Source: Gracilinanus agilis (Eukaryota). From it: a DNA stretch of 64,000 nucleotides. The DNA lies in assembly GCF_016433145.1 (NCBI RefSeq), contig NC_058132.1:165721778-165785777 (forward strand), given 5' to 3'. Both the position numbers and the translations under genes were made by a program. Shown here piece by piece: positions 12,075 through 24,060 of this stretch (the first letter of the stretch is position 1; each line of letters begins with the position of its first letter). The notes under the pieces are model-generated. The model had not been told where the DNA came from, did not search any database, and worked only from the letters and a program-made list of their open reading frames with translations.

Positions 12075-15057
12075 CCATACAAAAGTTCAAATGGTAATAA
12101 GTGTGTGTCACCATAGGGTTGACTTCTCAGATAAAAAAGAACAATGGGGAGTGCTTGTACCCATTTCAGATGGCTTTCTGAACACACTTTTCCAATCAAA
12201 GTTTTGATTTTCTTATTACAAATCTCAATTTGCCTCGACAACTGAGGGTGGTAATTCCTATGGAGGCTTCTTTTTATTCCTAAGGTTTTGTAAATCTCAT
12301 GTAGGATGTTTTGAGAAAAGTGTGATCCATGGTCCAAGTCTATTTTGGTTGGTACTGAAAATCTCAGGACTATCTCTCTCAGAAGTGTCTTCACCACAAA
12401 GGCTGAGTTGTTTTTCTTTGCAGGGAACACTTCTGGCCATCTAGTCAACCTACCAACGATGACTAGGACATATTTGTATCCTTGACAATTGGGAATTGAT
12501 ATGTAATTGATCTGTAAGCACTCAAATGGGTTAAATGCTAATTTTCTACCACCAAGTCCTTTAATTCTGATCATCCTCTGATTGTACTGCAAGCACACCT
12601 TGAATTTCTGGCATGTTCTAATTGCACAAGTGGAAATTCCAGGTGCTGTCCAGAATCTTCCAATGCCATCTATGAGGGACATAATGTCCTTTGGCATGCA
12701 ATGCATTGCATAGGATATTATATAAAGATCTTGGAAGAATGGGTTTGTCTGCACTAGAAAACCATATGCCTCTCACTAATTTGGCCCCTAGATTTTCTAT
12801 CCAGTGCTTCACTTCCCTTGGGGAGTATGCTTGTTTGAGATTTGCTTTATCCACCAAGGAGAAGTTAAGCACTTGGATGGGACCAAATCGGGCACCATAT
12901 TTGGCTGTTATGTCTGACCTTCTGTTTCCTAATGACACCCCATCTTGACCCTTTTGATGTGATCTGCAATGCATCACCTCAAATTTTGGGGGCAATTGGA
13001 CAGCTTCCAGGATTTGGTTTATAAGGCTCCCTTAGGCTATTTCCTTCCCACCAGCAGTTATAAACCCACAATATCTCCAGATTTGGCCTGTGCAATAGAC
13101 TACATTGAAAGAGTATTTGCTGTCAGTATACACATTTATCCTTTTGCCCTGGCCAATCTCTAGAGCTCTGATAAGACTTAGGATTTCAGAACCTTGAGTA
13201 CTCATGGACTTTGGTAGAGCTGCATACCATAAAGTCTCATCTTGAGTCACAACAGCTGCACCTGTATACCGTTCCCTATCTAACACGAATGCAGAACCAT
13301 CAGTAAACAGTGTCAGGTCTGGAGAGACCAAAGGGATATCAATCAGGTCATCTCCAGTCTTCTGCACTATTTCCAAGGTATCTACATAGCTATGGATGGG
13401 TTCCTCTTCTAACGGTAAGTCTGGTATTAGTGTAGCTGGGTTGATCTCCTTACAACATTGGAAAGTTAGGTTCTCATTGCCCAGAAACATAATTTGATAT
13501 TGGGATAAGCTCTGGGATGTAAACACTTGCAGGTTGCTGTTTTTCAAGATGGTATCTATTTGATGAGGTGAATACAGCATGATCCTGCATCCCAAAACCA
13601 GATCTGAAGATTTTTTTCACCATTAGGGCAGAAGCTGTAATTGCTCTTATATATGCCATCCCTCTGGCATCGACATCTAGCTGGGAGCTATAATAGGCAA
13701 TAGATCTAAACTGGTCCCCAAGAGTCTGCACTAGTACAGCACTGGCTATTCCTTTGACCTCATGCATAAACAGGTGAAATGGTTTTGCATGATCAGGGAT
13801 TCCAAGTGCAGGGCTTGACAACACAGCTGTTTTCAGTTTTTCTATAGCATACTTGTGCTCCTGTGTAAGTTTTAAATGTTCTGACACAGTGTTCCTAGTC
13901 AAGTCTGTCAAAGGTTTTGAGATCAGACTATATCTAGATATCCACTGCCTACAGTAACCCGTGATTCCTAAAACTGCACAGAGCTGCTTCTTGGTCTTAG
14001 GCATGCACAGCTTCTGTATATCTGCAACTCTTTTTGGGAGATCTTTCTTATACCCTCTTCCAATACAAAGCCAAGATACTTGACCTTTGGCATAACCCAC
14101 TGCAATTTGGCTCTTGAAGACTTGTGTTCCCCTTTGCATAGCTCTTGTAATAGATATTTACTGTCCCTTTGACATACTCAAGCATTTGGTGACATTAGCA
14201 AAAGGTCACCAACATAATACACTAGTTTATTTTCAGTCAATATGATTGATTCAAAGTCTCTCTGCAGGATCTGGCAAAAGATATTTGTACTTTCTGAGAA
14301 TCCTTGTGGAATTCGCGTCCAAGAGATTTGTTTACCCTCCCAGGAAAATGCAAAAATCTTCTGACTGGACTCATGCAGGGGCACTGTAAAATAGGCACAG
14401 TACAAGTCCATGACTGTGAACCAGGCTGCACTGCTTGGAATTTCAGTGATGATATTTGCTCAGCTAGGTACCACTGCATGTCCCTTCTTAACAAAACTGT
14501 TAACTGCTCTCAGGTCCTGCACAAAACACCATTGCATTTTGCCATTTGCATCTTTCTTTGGTTTTTTAATAGGCATAATGGGTGTGTTGTACTCAGATAT
14601 GGTGTAGACCAAAATGCCTTGTTCTAGGAGTCTTTGAATGATAGGCTTGATTCCCTCTGTAGCCTCTTTACTCAACTTGTACTGAGGGATTCTAGGTGGA
14701 GTGCCCTCTTTCACTTCAATCTTGATGAGTGTGGCAAATTTTAAAATTCCCACATTGGTTGAATGTTTTGCCAAAACTGCCTCTGGGATATATTCTGGTA
14801 TTTCAAAGATACTCCCCATATGATGTTCCTCCTCATCGACCTCCACTTGCCCTAGGAATAGCAAGGGATGGTGCTTGAGTGACTGTTTGGGTAAGTGTAG
14901 GAATATTTGACCTGTCTTATCACACTGGATACTGGCTCCTAATTTACAGAGAACATCCCTCCATAGGAGGTTGGATGGGCATCCAGGTATTAACAGAAAT
15001 GAATGATCTAAGGTCACTGGGCCTCTCTTTACTATCTTAGATCTTAGCTTGGGCACC

Positions 15058-15413
15058 TGTCCAGGTCCAGCCAGACACAACCGAGGGGTCCGGGGAAACG
15101 GCAACCAAAGAACCCATGGGGGAGAAGAGGGGAGACCTTGCGCGCAAGACAGACAGAGTTGTTTGGGTGGAAGCAAGGCTCGTTTATTGCAGGTCTATGA
15201 CAAGAATATATAGGTTGAGGGCAGAAGGGGGTCGACAGATACTAAAGAGAAAGGAACACGGAAAGGGAGCATAAATTATGTAGAAAATCTCCTGTGGCGT
15301 CTTACTGTCTCCAAGCATGGCTGGGCCTATGATCAATATCTTATCTTAGAAGAGTGAATGATATCTATTCTTAGAAGAGTGACTATTTTATCTTAAAGTC
15401 TTGGTCCCTAACA
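15058..15413 (-). mobile_element. Nested solo LTR (356 bp, 6-bp TSD, class II/betaretrovirus-like) in the protease gene
   Basis: TG...CA ends; TSD GGCACC at 15052-15057 and 15414-15419; minus-strand AATAAA at 15183-15188; retains several CpGs. Removal restores KMELVPKLRSKIVKRGPV. Confidence 0.92.
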
Positions 15414-15629
15414 GGCACCAACTCCATTTTCCCAATGGCTCCTTTTACTCTCACAGACCCCATTAATGCACAATTTTTGGTGCAGATTTTAACATAGACT
15501 GAGTTACTCCAGAGTCAATAAGAGCTGGATAGATTTGACTTTCTGTCTTCACCATAACCAAGGGTTCTCTGTCTTTAGCTGACTGACCAACAGGTACCAA
15601 AGGTGTTTCTATCTCTCTGTCCCCAAAAT

Positions 15630-18600
15630 CCCATTGATCTTCTTCTAGGATTTTTGTTTGTGTTGGTTCAGGAATCTGTGAGTGTGGCTTTTTGGACTTC
15701 CAGTGCCTTAATTTGATGATGCATCTCTGCATCATTCATGGGCCTATCAGTGTCAAGTTGTATCTTGGTTTTCTCAGACCATGAATAAGGTAGAGTGTCT
15801 TACTCTTCACTGAACATGCTTTGCTTGGTTTGTGCAAAGTTAGATTCAGGAGAGGTAATTCTTTGCATTAAAGGAAATTCTTCAGAATTGGGAATGTGCT
15901 GTTGGTTCATGGTTACATCCCAATCCTGTAAGTCTATGCCTTTTTCTTGTATCTGCTCCCTAGATTCTATGTCAGTAACAGGAAATTTACCTGCAGATGT
16001 ACTTTGCATAGGAAACAAAGTCAGTGTTGGAGATTCTTTCTCTGTTCCTATTGGTGTTATTTTGTTTCTCTCTTGGGTACTGATATTGTTGGGATTGAAT
16101 TCCTTTAAATGCATTAACTCAGAATTTACTCCAAAGGCAGCTCTCTTTGGAGTTTCACAGGCTTGAAAGTGTGCTACAACTTTCCTTGAATTGCTAGACT
16201 TGCTAAAAATTCCCTAGCATCAGGATCCAGTTGTAAAATCCCTTTCGTATTGTATCAACTAGACTTTCCACTTTCCCCTTCAGCTTCCCCAGCTGGTGAT
16301 AGAAAAGAGGTTGTACCTGTTGTTATTGAAAATGATGAGGGCCGAGATTAGAAGGGAGAATAGTATTTTAATAAAAGCCATGCTGATAGAGATAAAATCA
16401 TTAGACCACGTGCCTGTAAGTATTCAAACTGTCGCCTCAGCCATTTTTACCTTTCCTACCTTCACTCTCAGGTAGCTAAAAGAGGAAGTTCCAAGTCACT
16501 TCCCCCTATTTAAAACAGTCCCTCACCTTGAATATGTAATTCAAAACAGGGAACCCATTGGGGATCACGGGAAATGTAGTTCCAAGTATCCCAAGTGATT
16601 TTAAATAACACACTGTGTCTGAGAATTTTGCACTTTCCTTTTCAATGGTCTGCAGGAGCTCATCTCCCTTGTCTGTTTCTAAGAGATCCCCATTAGAACA
16701 CCTGTCTAAAGTCATTGCCCTTGTTGTTTGGCCTTGCTGTACTACTGATTGATTTAAATGATTCACAGTCTTACTACATAAAGATGCTTCTTTTCCCATA
16801 CAGTAAGAATTAATGAATGCTACATCCTTCAAGCTTGAACCAAGATTTTATAGATGTGCCTGGTTTCCTTTCATCATCCCCCACATCACTGTTTCCCTTC
16901 CCATAAATTCTCTCCTTTATTTCTATTATATCATCTTCCATCTGCATCTCCTCCTCAGTCATTTCTTTGTAACTTTGGGTTATATCCACCAACCAATAAT
17001 TTATGATTTCTTTTCCCAGTTTTTCTTTCCCACTTTCCTCTGTCTTATTATTGCCATTGCCAAGCAACAACTAATGCTGCTTCCTTGATTTCATAAGTTG
17101 GTATGTGGCCTTTCTCCTTGGGACACATATTCCTCTATTTTAGATAAACTAGGGGAATTACTAAAGCTAGCACAAGTATGGTCACAACATCTGGCCTTTG
17201 TTTTGTCGTTGTATCTGGTGTTATTGCCCTATTGTTGTTATTACTGTTGTACCTAGAGTTATAATAGGTGTTTCTCCTATTGTTGTTATTATTCCTGTTG
17301 CCAAAATTTATTTGTGATTTATATCTACAGTTCCGAACAATATGTCCAACTTTTTGACAAAGGAAACACAGTTTGACAGAGTTGTTATTATTGTAGGAGG
17401 ATTGCCTAGGCCTACTCTAGCTCCTCTGATTGCAGCACATCAGAACCATGCTCTTTATTTCCTCTATCTCTTTGGCCTTTTGTGCCTCCTTCAGCTGCCT
17501 TTTTAACTCTGCAATTTCCTTATCCTTCTCTAAGGCCTTAGATTATTTAGACTCATTATCCCTGGATTCATGTACATAGGCTATAGTCTTTCTCAGTTCC
17601 TCAAGGGGCATGGTCTCCCATTGTGGGCAATGCAATTTTAAATAAAATTGGATATGAGTTGCACTACCTACCCTTCATGAACTGACGCCTGATATGCTGG
17701 ATGTTATCTTTTGTCATCATGTCCCTAAACTCTAAGATGGTTTCTCCTGCCTCCAAGAGCCTGCCTAAAAATAGGCTTGGGTGTTCTTCTTCCCCTTGCT
17801 TAAGCTTCTTGAAGGACCCCCATGCATGGGAGCACCTTAAATGGAGCCTCATCACCTCAGCCAAATCTTCTCTGTACCTTTTAAGGTATGCCATGTTGAC
17901 ATTGGAAGAGAGTTCTAGATCTTGGTGCTGTTCAGGCCAAGAGGCTAGGTTGGCATTCTCCTAGTCTCAGCAATGAATTTTGTCTTCTCACTAGGAGTAT
18001 AAAGCTCGGATAGTAGCAATTCTACGTCCTTGAAAGTGGGATTATACAACCTGATGGCCCGTTTTTATTCTTTGATTGATTTGTGAGGGTTGGTGTAGAA
18101 CTGGGGAAACCTCCTCTTTAAAATTTCCAAATCATCCCCTGTGAACGGTTTGTAGCCCATAACATCAATTATTCCTGAGTCTGGTTGCACCACAGTCCTG
18201 TCTATTATGAGTAGGATATTGACAGGAACTGCTTCAGCCCCTGTAGCCTGTTGTTCATTGGTATTATTTTCTGTGGCCTTCTGTTTACTGTCTCCCTCCT
18301 TCTTTGGTAAAACTACTCTATGATCTCTAGCTGCATGACAGTTTTTGCATCTAGATCTCTACCTTCTTTAATCTGTTAATTTCTATGAGAGTCTTCATCT
18401 GTTCAATCATTTGTTCTAGATCCAGGTTTGTCACCTCTGCCTTCCCAAAAGTAAAAGCCAAAATCTTTCTTAATATCACAAGGGCCCCATAAAATGTCAC
18501 TGTCATCACCATCCCTGATGGAACATATGCCAGAGCTTCACCCAAGGGTATTGTCAGCCATTGACAGGAATCATAAACCCTAATTATCTCCATAAAAAAC

Positions 18601-18708
18601 TGAGGGATAGTCTCTAGCCCCAGGATTGCACATGCCCTCCATAACCCCATATAAAAGCACCACAGAGCACACTAGCATAACAATGGTTCTATTAACCAAA
18701 TTGGCCAT
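15630..18708 (-). pseudogene. gag: Decayed gag: hydrophobic N-terminus, p30-type capsid, single CCHC knuckle, long post-NC extension
   Basis: CA N-terminal YKPFTGDDLEILKRRFPQF...YNPTFKDVELLLSEL (~18150-18000); major-homology-like KQGEEEHPSLFLGRL (ORF 17664-17894); CFLCQKVGHIVRNC at 17327-17368. Both ends are approximate. Confidence 0.85.
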
Positions 18709-18741
18709 GATGAAAGCTTCCCACTCAGGTTCAGAACGAAA

Positions 18742-18759
18742 TCCTAGGCTGGCTGGCCA
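18742..18759 (-). promoter_or_regulatory. Primer-binding site, tRNA-Arg(ACG)-like
   Basis: Minus strand TGGCCAGCCAGCCTAGGA, 3 nt after the 5' LTR. The complement of the mammalian tRNA-Arg-ACG 3' end (recalled) is TGGCGAGCCAGCCAGGAG, i.e. one mismatch plus one insertion. Confidence 0.8.
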
Positions 18760-18762
18760 CAC

Positions 18763-19667
18763 TGTTATATTTGGGAAGCTGTTAAATGCCAGGGATCTGT
18801 AGCAATCAGGTCTCACTAATTTTTTGGTCTATGGAGAGGACACCCACACACACCCACAAACAGGCTTGACAGAGGGGAGGGGCAAAATCTTTCTGAGTGC
18901 TCCTTCACTTCTCCCCTCCCACTAGGCAGTTGGAAAATCAGTTACTGAAGATAATGGTGGACAGACTTGTTAACTACAGGGCCAAGTCAGTAACTTAGGA
19001 AAGGCTGAACTCCTAAAGTTGATAACCTTCTCTAAACTATTTCCCCACAGGATTGAATAGGAGAAAATAGGAGAAGCTTGATGTCTTTGAAGCTTTAAGG
19101 CACAGAGGAAAGGTCTTATTTTTGGGCTACAAAGCAGGAGGAACTCTGCTTGAGGAAGTTGTGAGTATTTCCCTAAATATAACCAGACACTGCTCCCAAT
19201 TGATTAAAGGTTTAATGATATGTGAGGAAGGGAAGGAAGGGAGAAGAAATAAGGATTAATAAGGTCAGGGAAGCCCTCAAACTGCTATGTCCAAGCAGCC
19301 CCTCCCCCCAAAGGGGACAGATAACTTGTATTAGCTGATCTGCTCTCTAAGCCTATAAATAATCTTCTCTTATATCTAAATAATGAAATAGAGATAACTG
19401 TGATGTTGATTGAATGTCAAATCAAAGTAAAGTAGGTTGGCAGCTAGGAACTAAAATGGCTTTGTTCAGATTCAAGCCTCTAGCCCCCCAAGAGCAACCA
19501 GGACCTAGGACACAGCAAACAGAGTGACCTGCTTACTCCAAACCCAGGACCCAATTGCCTTTAACTGCCCCCTCTCTCAGAGTTCTCAGGGGCCCTATGG
19601 AATTCTGAGCTGTGGCCTGACCCCCTCTCTTACAGCTGGAATTCCATTCTGCAATCTCAATCCCACA
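18763..19667 (-). repeat. 5' LTR of the provirus (905 bp)
   Basis: Direct repeat of 8699-9597; followed on the minus strand by the PBS. Confidence 0.97.
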
Positions 19668-20119
19668 GAATTACATGTTTCAAAGTAACTAAGAAAATTA
19701 ATTTATATAGACACAGTGTAATAAGACCAAAATAGTACAATAATGACCATCAATATTAACTAATACATGCTTTCTTATATCCTAGTAACCACTCTTAATT
19801 TAATCAGCATATTTCATTTTGGATCCCAGATGTTTCACATAGTTGTCTGGTATGTAGTCATCTGGTCTCTGATTCCATCTTGTCTTGAACATTCAGAATA
19901 GGTCATTTCTTAGGTCAACACTAGGGAGCTTCTCTTCAGTACATTTGCTTCTTTGCTTACATATTACTTGTAGAGGGTCTTAGATGTACCTGCTAAAATC
20001 CTTTATAAAACATCTCCATTTAGTTTAGTATATCTTCTTAAACTTTAAATCACTAAAAATTAGTTTATATGGTAAAAATTAGCTCAGACCTTGGGGTTCT
20101 GTTCTTATTAATAAGAGAG

Positions 20120-21715
20120 CTATAAGAAGCATATCAAGATAGGAACGCAGTTCACTTGCTTAGTGGGTGAAAGAAAAAAAACAATTGAGGATACAGAGGT
20201 CTGAACTTCTGAACATTTCAACTTATTAAGCAATGCATGGCATTTGCCTATCAAATTGGGAACAGACTTAGCACTGGACCCCAAATATAGGGAAGACACA
20301 TACTTTAAATATCTATTATGGCCAATTAAATTAGATACAACACTAGATAATCAGATTTCTAATTGGATGAAAGATAAGTACTTTAGAAATTGGGAGGCAT
20401 AATGGGGAATATAAGCCCTCATTGATTTGTATTGTTATCCTACTTGTTTATAGGTATTGGTAGATATTGGTAGGCTATTAGGTTAAGGGAATTAAGGTTG
20501 TTGGCTGTTGGAGGAAAATGGCTGATCTTAGCACTTGAAAGAAATCTGCTGGAGACTGAATTTACAAAAAAACCCATTTATTATAACTATAGAGATTAAG
20601 GGAAAGGAAAAGAAACAGACAGGTAGAAATAATATTGCTTATTGATATATGTACCCTAAATCTAATATCTCTCTATATAAACCTGATCCCAAATCTGTCT
20701 CACAAGAGACTTTTTCTTCCTTGAGTCAAGGCTAACTTAAATTCCTAGCTGCCTATACCCCTAATGATATCTTACTAAAATGATCTAATTAAATTTTATA
20801 AGTAATTCCTTTGTTATATATTTCTTCAAAGAATTTTTGTAATTCCCTTAAATTCTCCAGCCACAGAAATTTTACTATGAGTAAGCTAAAGATGTTGCTT
20901 TCTTCTGCCACCTTCTGGTCATGCTACTCCCTTGCAAAATGTCACAAGGAACAGCTAAGACACTTCCTCCAATGGATGATCTGTTCACCAAATCTTCGAA
21001 TATCACAGTGTTTTCCTAAGTAAATCTCTACCAAATTCCTCAAGGATGATCTGAGGAAAACCAAAACCAAACAACCTCTGAGTCTCTGTCCCAGAAATGT
21101 GTCATTATTTCCAAATGCCTTCTCTAAGGCACTCTTGAAATTCTCTTCCTCTGACCTACTCAGAATTTCATGGCAATCTTAAAGTAACCTTTAGAAAATC
21201 TCACATCACTTCATAAACCCTATATCTGGCTACAATCTATTCTTAATTAGGCTAGTTAACAAATAACTCATTACAGAGGAGGAATATGAACAGGTAAAAT
21301 TTCCTGAAATCTGAAAAAAGAAGCATTCTACTCTCCCCAATTGTCTGTGAACAATCAATGAAACATGGGAATAATGACTGATTGATCATTATGGTGACAG
21401 TTTTCAGATAAGATTTTCAGATAAGATGTATGGGTTGTTTGAGATGTAAAAATGCGAGAAAAAAAGAAACTACATCCTTGTAAAGAGCATCTAAGTGGCA
21501 GAGAGAGATGGTTCAGTTTCATAGCCATGCAGACTTAGGTTCAAACAATGGAATAAAATTTTCTCCTAATTTCCAGAGCCAAATAAAATTTTCTCACAAG
21601 ACAAAAATTGGGTTAGATCCACAATTACATAGCAACTAAGCTAGCTATAGAATTGAATCACAAAATGGTGTTAGTGTATTTAACTTTATTCCCACAATTA
21701 ATCATTCGCTTTTCT
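20120..21715 (-). mobile_element. Old LTR-like dispersed repeat (family also at 47176-47879 and 62114-62820), split by a nested ~870-bp LTR-like insert (~20410-21280)
   Basis: Blocks such as TCTAATTGGA.GAAAG.T.AG, CCTGAAATC, GCCATGCAGA..TAGGTTCA and GAGCTAGATCTA are shared by the three copies. 20100-20410 and 21285-21715 join into the uninterrupted pattern seen at 47430-47450. Confidence 0.6.
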
Positions 21716-22229
21716 AATTTCTTTGATTCCCTCATTTTTTCACTTGAAATGTTAGAGAATTTGTTTTACCACCCATTACTTTTTAAAAAATCATTGACTA
21801 AACCTTGGATTTGATATAAACACTGCCAACCACAGGCTAAAGGAAGAATCTTAAATCTGTGATGATCTGAGTTGTAAAATGAGCCTTTCTGGTTAAAGAT
21901 TTAATGTTTACCAAAGTAGATATACTGGCACTGACTCCATTATCATTTAACTGTCTGAGATGTAGTCAACAAATTGTTTTGTTGATTCATTTAACATTCT
22001 TCAATTCAATTCAAATACTAACTAGAAAAAACAACAATAAAACCCAGGATATTTTAAAATACCTCTCAAAACCTTTTAAATCACAAATATAATTTTCATT
22101 GCTTTCTAAACTTTTTTAAGTTCAATTAATTTTCCACTTGAATTTATTTAGAATTTCAACTAATTCAATTACCCCCTTAGGAAGAGTCAAAACTGATAAA
22201 GATCCAATCCTTTGAAATTAACACCATTT

Positions 22230-24060
22230 AAGAACTACCAAAAAGTTCATTTTGAAGAACAAAAGATCAAGAATATAAATGGAAATAATTTAAAAAAATT
22301 TGAAGGATGGGGGTCTAGCATTACCAGATCTTAAACTTACTATAAAGCAATGGTCATCAAACAATATGGTACTGGCTAAGAGAGAGAAGGATGGATCAAT
22401 GTAATAGACTAGGGCAGTGATGGGCAAATTTTTTAAAGAGGGGGCTAAAGGAAAGGAAATGCTCATCTGTCAGTCTGTGTCTAAGGCAACTCTTTCGAAG
22501 TTTCACTGTATTGTATCCTACTCATTGTATTCATCAGATTAGGAATAATGTTGCGCACTAGATAGAATATTTCTTGGTCTCTCCCCCCCACCCCTGCATC
22601 TGGCCCGCTGGCCATAATTTGCCCATCACTGGACTAGGGGTAAATAACCTCAGCAAGGTAGTGTTTGATATACCCAAAGAACTCAGCTTTTGGGAGAAAA
22701 ACTCACTACTTGACAAACACTGCTAGGAAGATGTGAAAACATTATGGGAAAAATTAGGTCTAGATGAATATCTCACACTCTATATCAAAATAAATTCAAA
22801 ATGGGTATATGACTTAAATATAAAGAATGAAATCCCAAAGGAATTAGGTGAACATAGAATTGATTACCTGTCAGATCTGTGGGAAAGGAAGGAATTAAAG
22901 ACCAAGCAAGAGATAGAGAACATTACAAAATGTAAAATGAATGATTTTTGATTACAACAGATAAAAAAGTTTTTGTACAAACAAAACCAATGCTACCAAA
23001 ATTAGAAGGAAAGCAATTAACTGGGAAAATTTTATAACAAAACTCTCTGACACAGGTTTAATTTCTCAAATATATAAGAAACTAAGTCAAATTTACAAAA
23101 AATCAAGCCATTCCACAATCGACAAATGGTCAAGTGATATTAATAGACAGTTCTCAGAAGAAGAAATCTAAACTATCAATAATCACATGAAAAAGTGTTC
23201 TAAATCCCTCCTCATTAGAGACACGCAAATAAAAAGTGCTCTGAGGTACCAACTCATACCTAATAGACTGGTCAATTTGGCAACAAAGGAAAATGATAAA
23301 TATTGGAGGGGATGTGACAAAATTGGTACACTAATACACAACTGATAGAGTTGTGAATTAATCCAACCATTTTGGAGGGCAATTTGGAATTTTGCACAAA
23401 GGGCTTTAAAAGACTGCCTGCCCTTAGTAACCCTAAGAGATAATAAGGAAAAATATTTGTACAAAAATATTTATAGCCAAGCTCTTTATGGTGGTAAAAC
23501 AAATTGGAAAATGAGGGGGTGTCAATTGATTAGGAAATGGCTTAATAAATTGTGATATCTGATGGTGAGGAAATATTATTGTGCTGAAAGGAATAATGAA
23601 CTGGAGGACCTCCAGGAACTGATGCAGAGCAAAAGGAACAGAACAAGAAGAACATTGTACACAGAAACAAACATTAAGGCACAATCGAATGTAACAGACT
23701 TTTCTACTAGCAGCAATGCAATGGCCCAGGACAATCCAGAGAAACTTATGAGAAAGAATGCTATCCACATCCAGAGAAAGAACTGTGGGAGCAGAAATTC
23801 AGAAAAAAAATCATATGACCAATCACGTGGTTCAATGAGGATACAAGTGGGTTTTTGGTGTTAAAAGATCACTTTACTGCAAATGTGAATAATATGGAAA
23901 TAGGTTTTGAACAATGATACATGTATAACCCAGTAAAATTGCTTGTCAGCTGCTGGGGGATGGGGGTTGGGGAAAGAGAGGTGAGAAAAACCAAGAATTG
24001 TGTAACCATGGAAAAAATATTCTAAATAAATAAAAAATAAAAAAGAGGATAATAATAATA
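22230..24060 (+). mobile_element. 5'-truncated L1 (ORF2 C-terminal part, 3'UTR, A-rich tail)
   Basis: ORF 22733-22951 (LTLYIKINSKWVYDLNIK) and ORF 23562-23864 are L1 ORF2/3'UTR-like; A-rich tail at ~24020-24066. Confidence 0.85.
22415..22631. mobile_element. Non-autonomous hAT (Charlie-type) MITE, 217 bp, inserted in L1
   Basis: Perfect 14-bp TIRs CAGTGATGGGCAAA / TTTGCCCATCACTG; perfect 8-bp TSD GACTAGGG (22407-22414, 22632-22639) with central TA. Confidence 0.95.

Larger units (their letters stand above)
11066..15620 (-). pseudogene. pol: Decayed pro-pol (protease, RT, RNase H, integrase), interrupted by two solo LTRs
   Basis: Protease LIDSG (DSG at 15508-15516) and CPSNLLWRDVL; RT YNTPIMPIKK, FVQDLRAVN, WTRIPQGFSES, YVGD (catalytic YxDD damaged); RNase H FTDGS and YTDSKY; integrase core and C-terminal KPGD...LDPKW...TCVKV. 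Several stops and homopolymer frameshifts. Confidence 0.95.
8699..19667 (-). mobile_element. Class I (gamma/epsilon-like) endogenous retrovirus, LTR-gag-pro-pol-LTR, no recognisable env
   Basis: Two ~900-bp direct repeats with TG...CA ends; TSD GAATT at 8694-8698 and 19668-19672; PBS and PPT in minus orientation; decayed gag/pro/RT/RNaseH/IN ORFs. Joining the flanks gives GGGAGAATTACATGTTTCAAAGTAACTAAGAAAATT, which resembles an uninterrupted repeat copy at ~48040-48080. Confidence 0.97.

Noticed and set aside
17110-17135. CPKEKGHI as a second zinc knuckle
   Set aside because: Lacks the Cx2C and final Cys spacing; only the knuckle at 17327-17368 is supported.
11066-18708. Apparent mismatch between heavily broken ORFs and only ~3% LTR divergence
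   Set aside because: The indel and substitution rate seen between the LTRs, applied to ~7 kb of coding sequence, predicts roughly the number of lesions observed.
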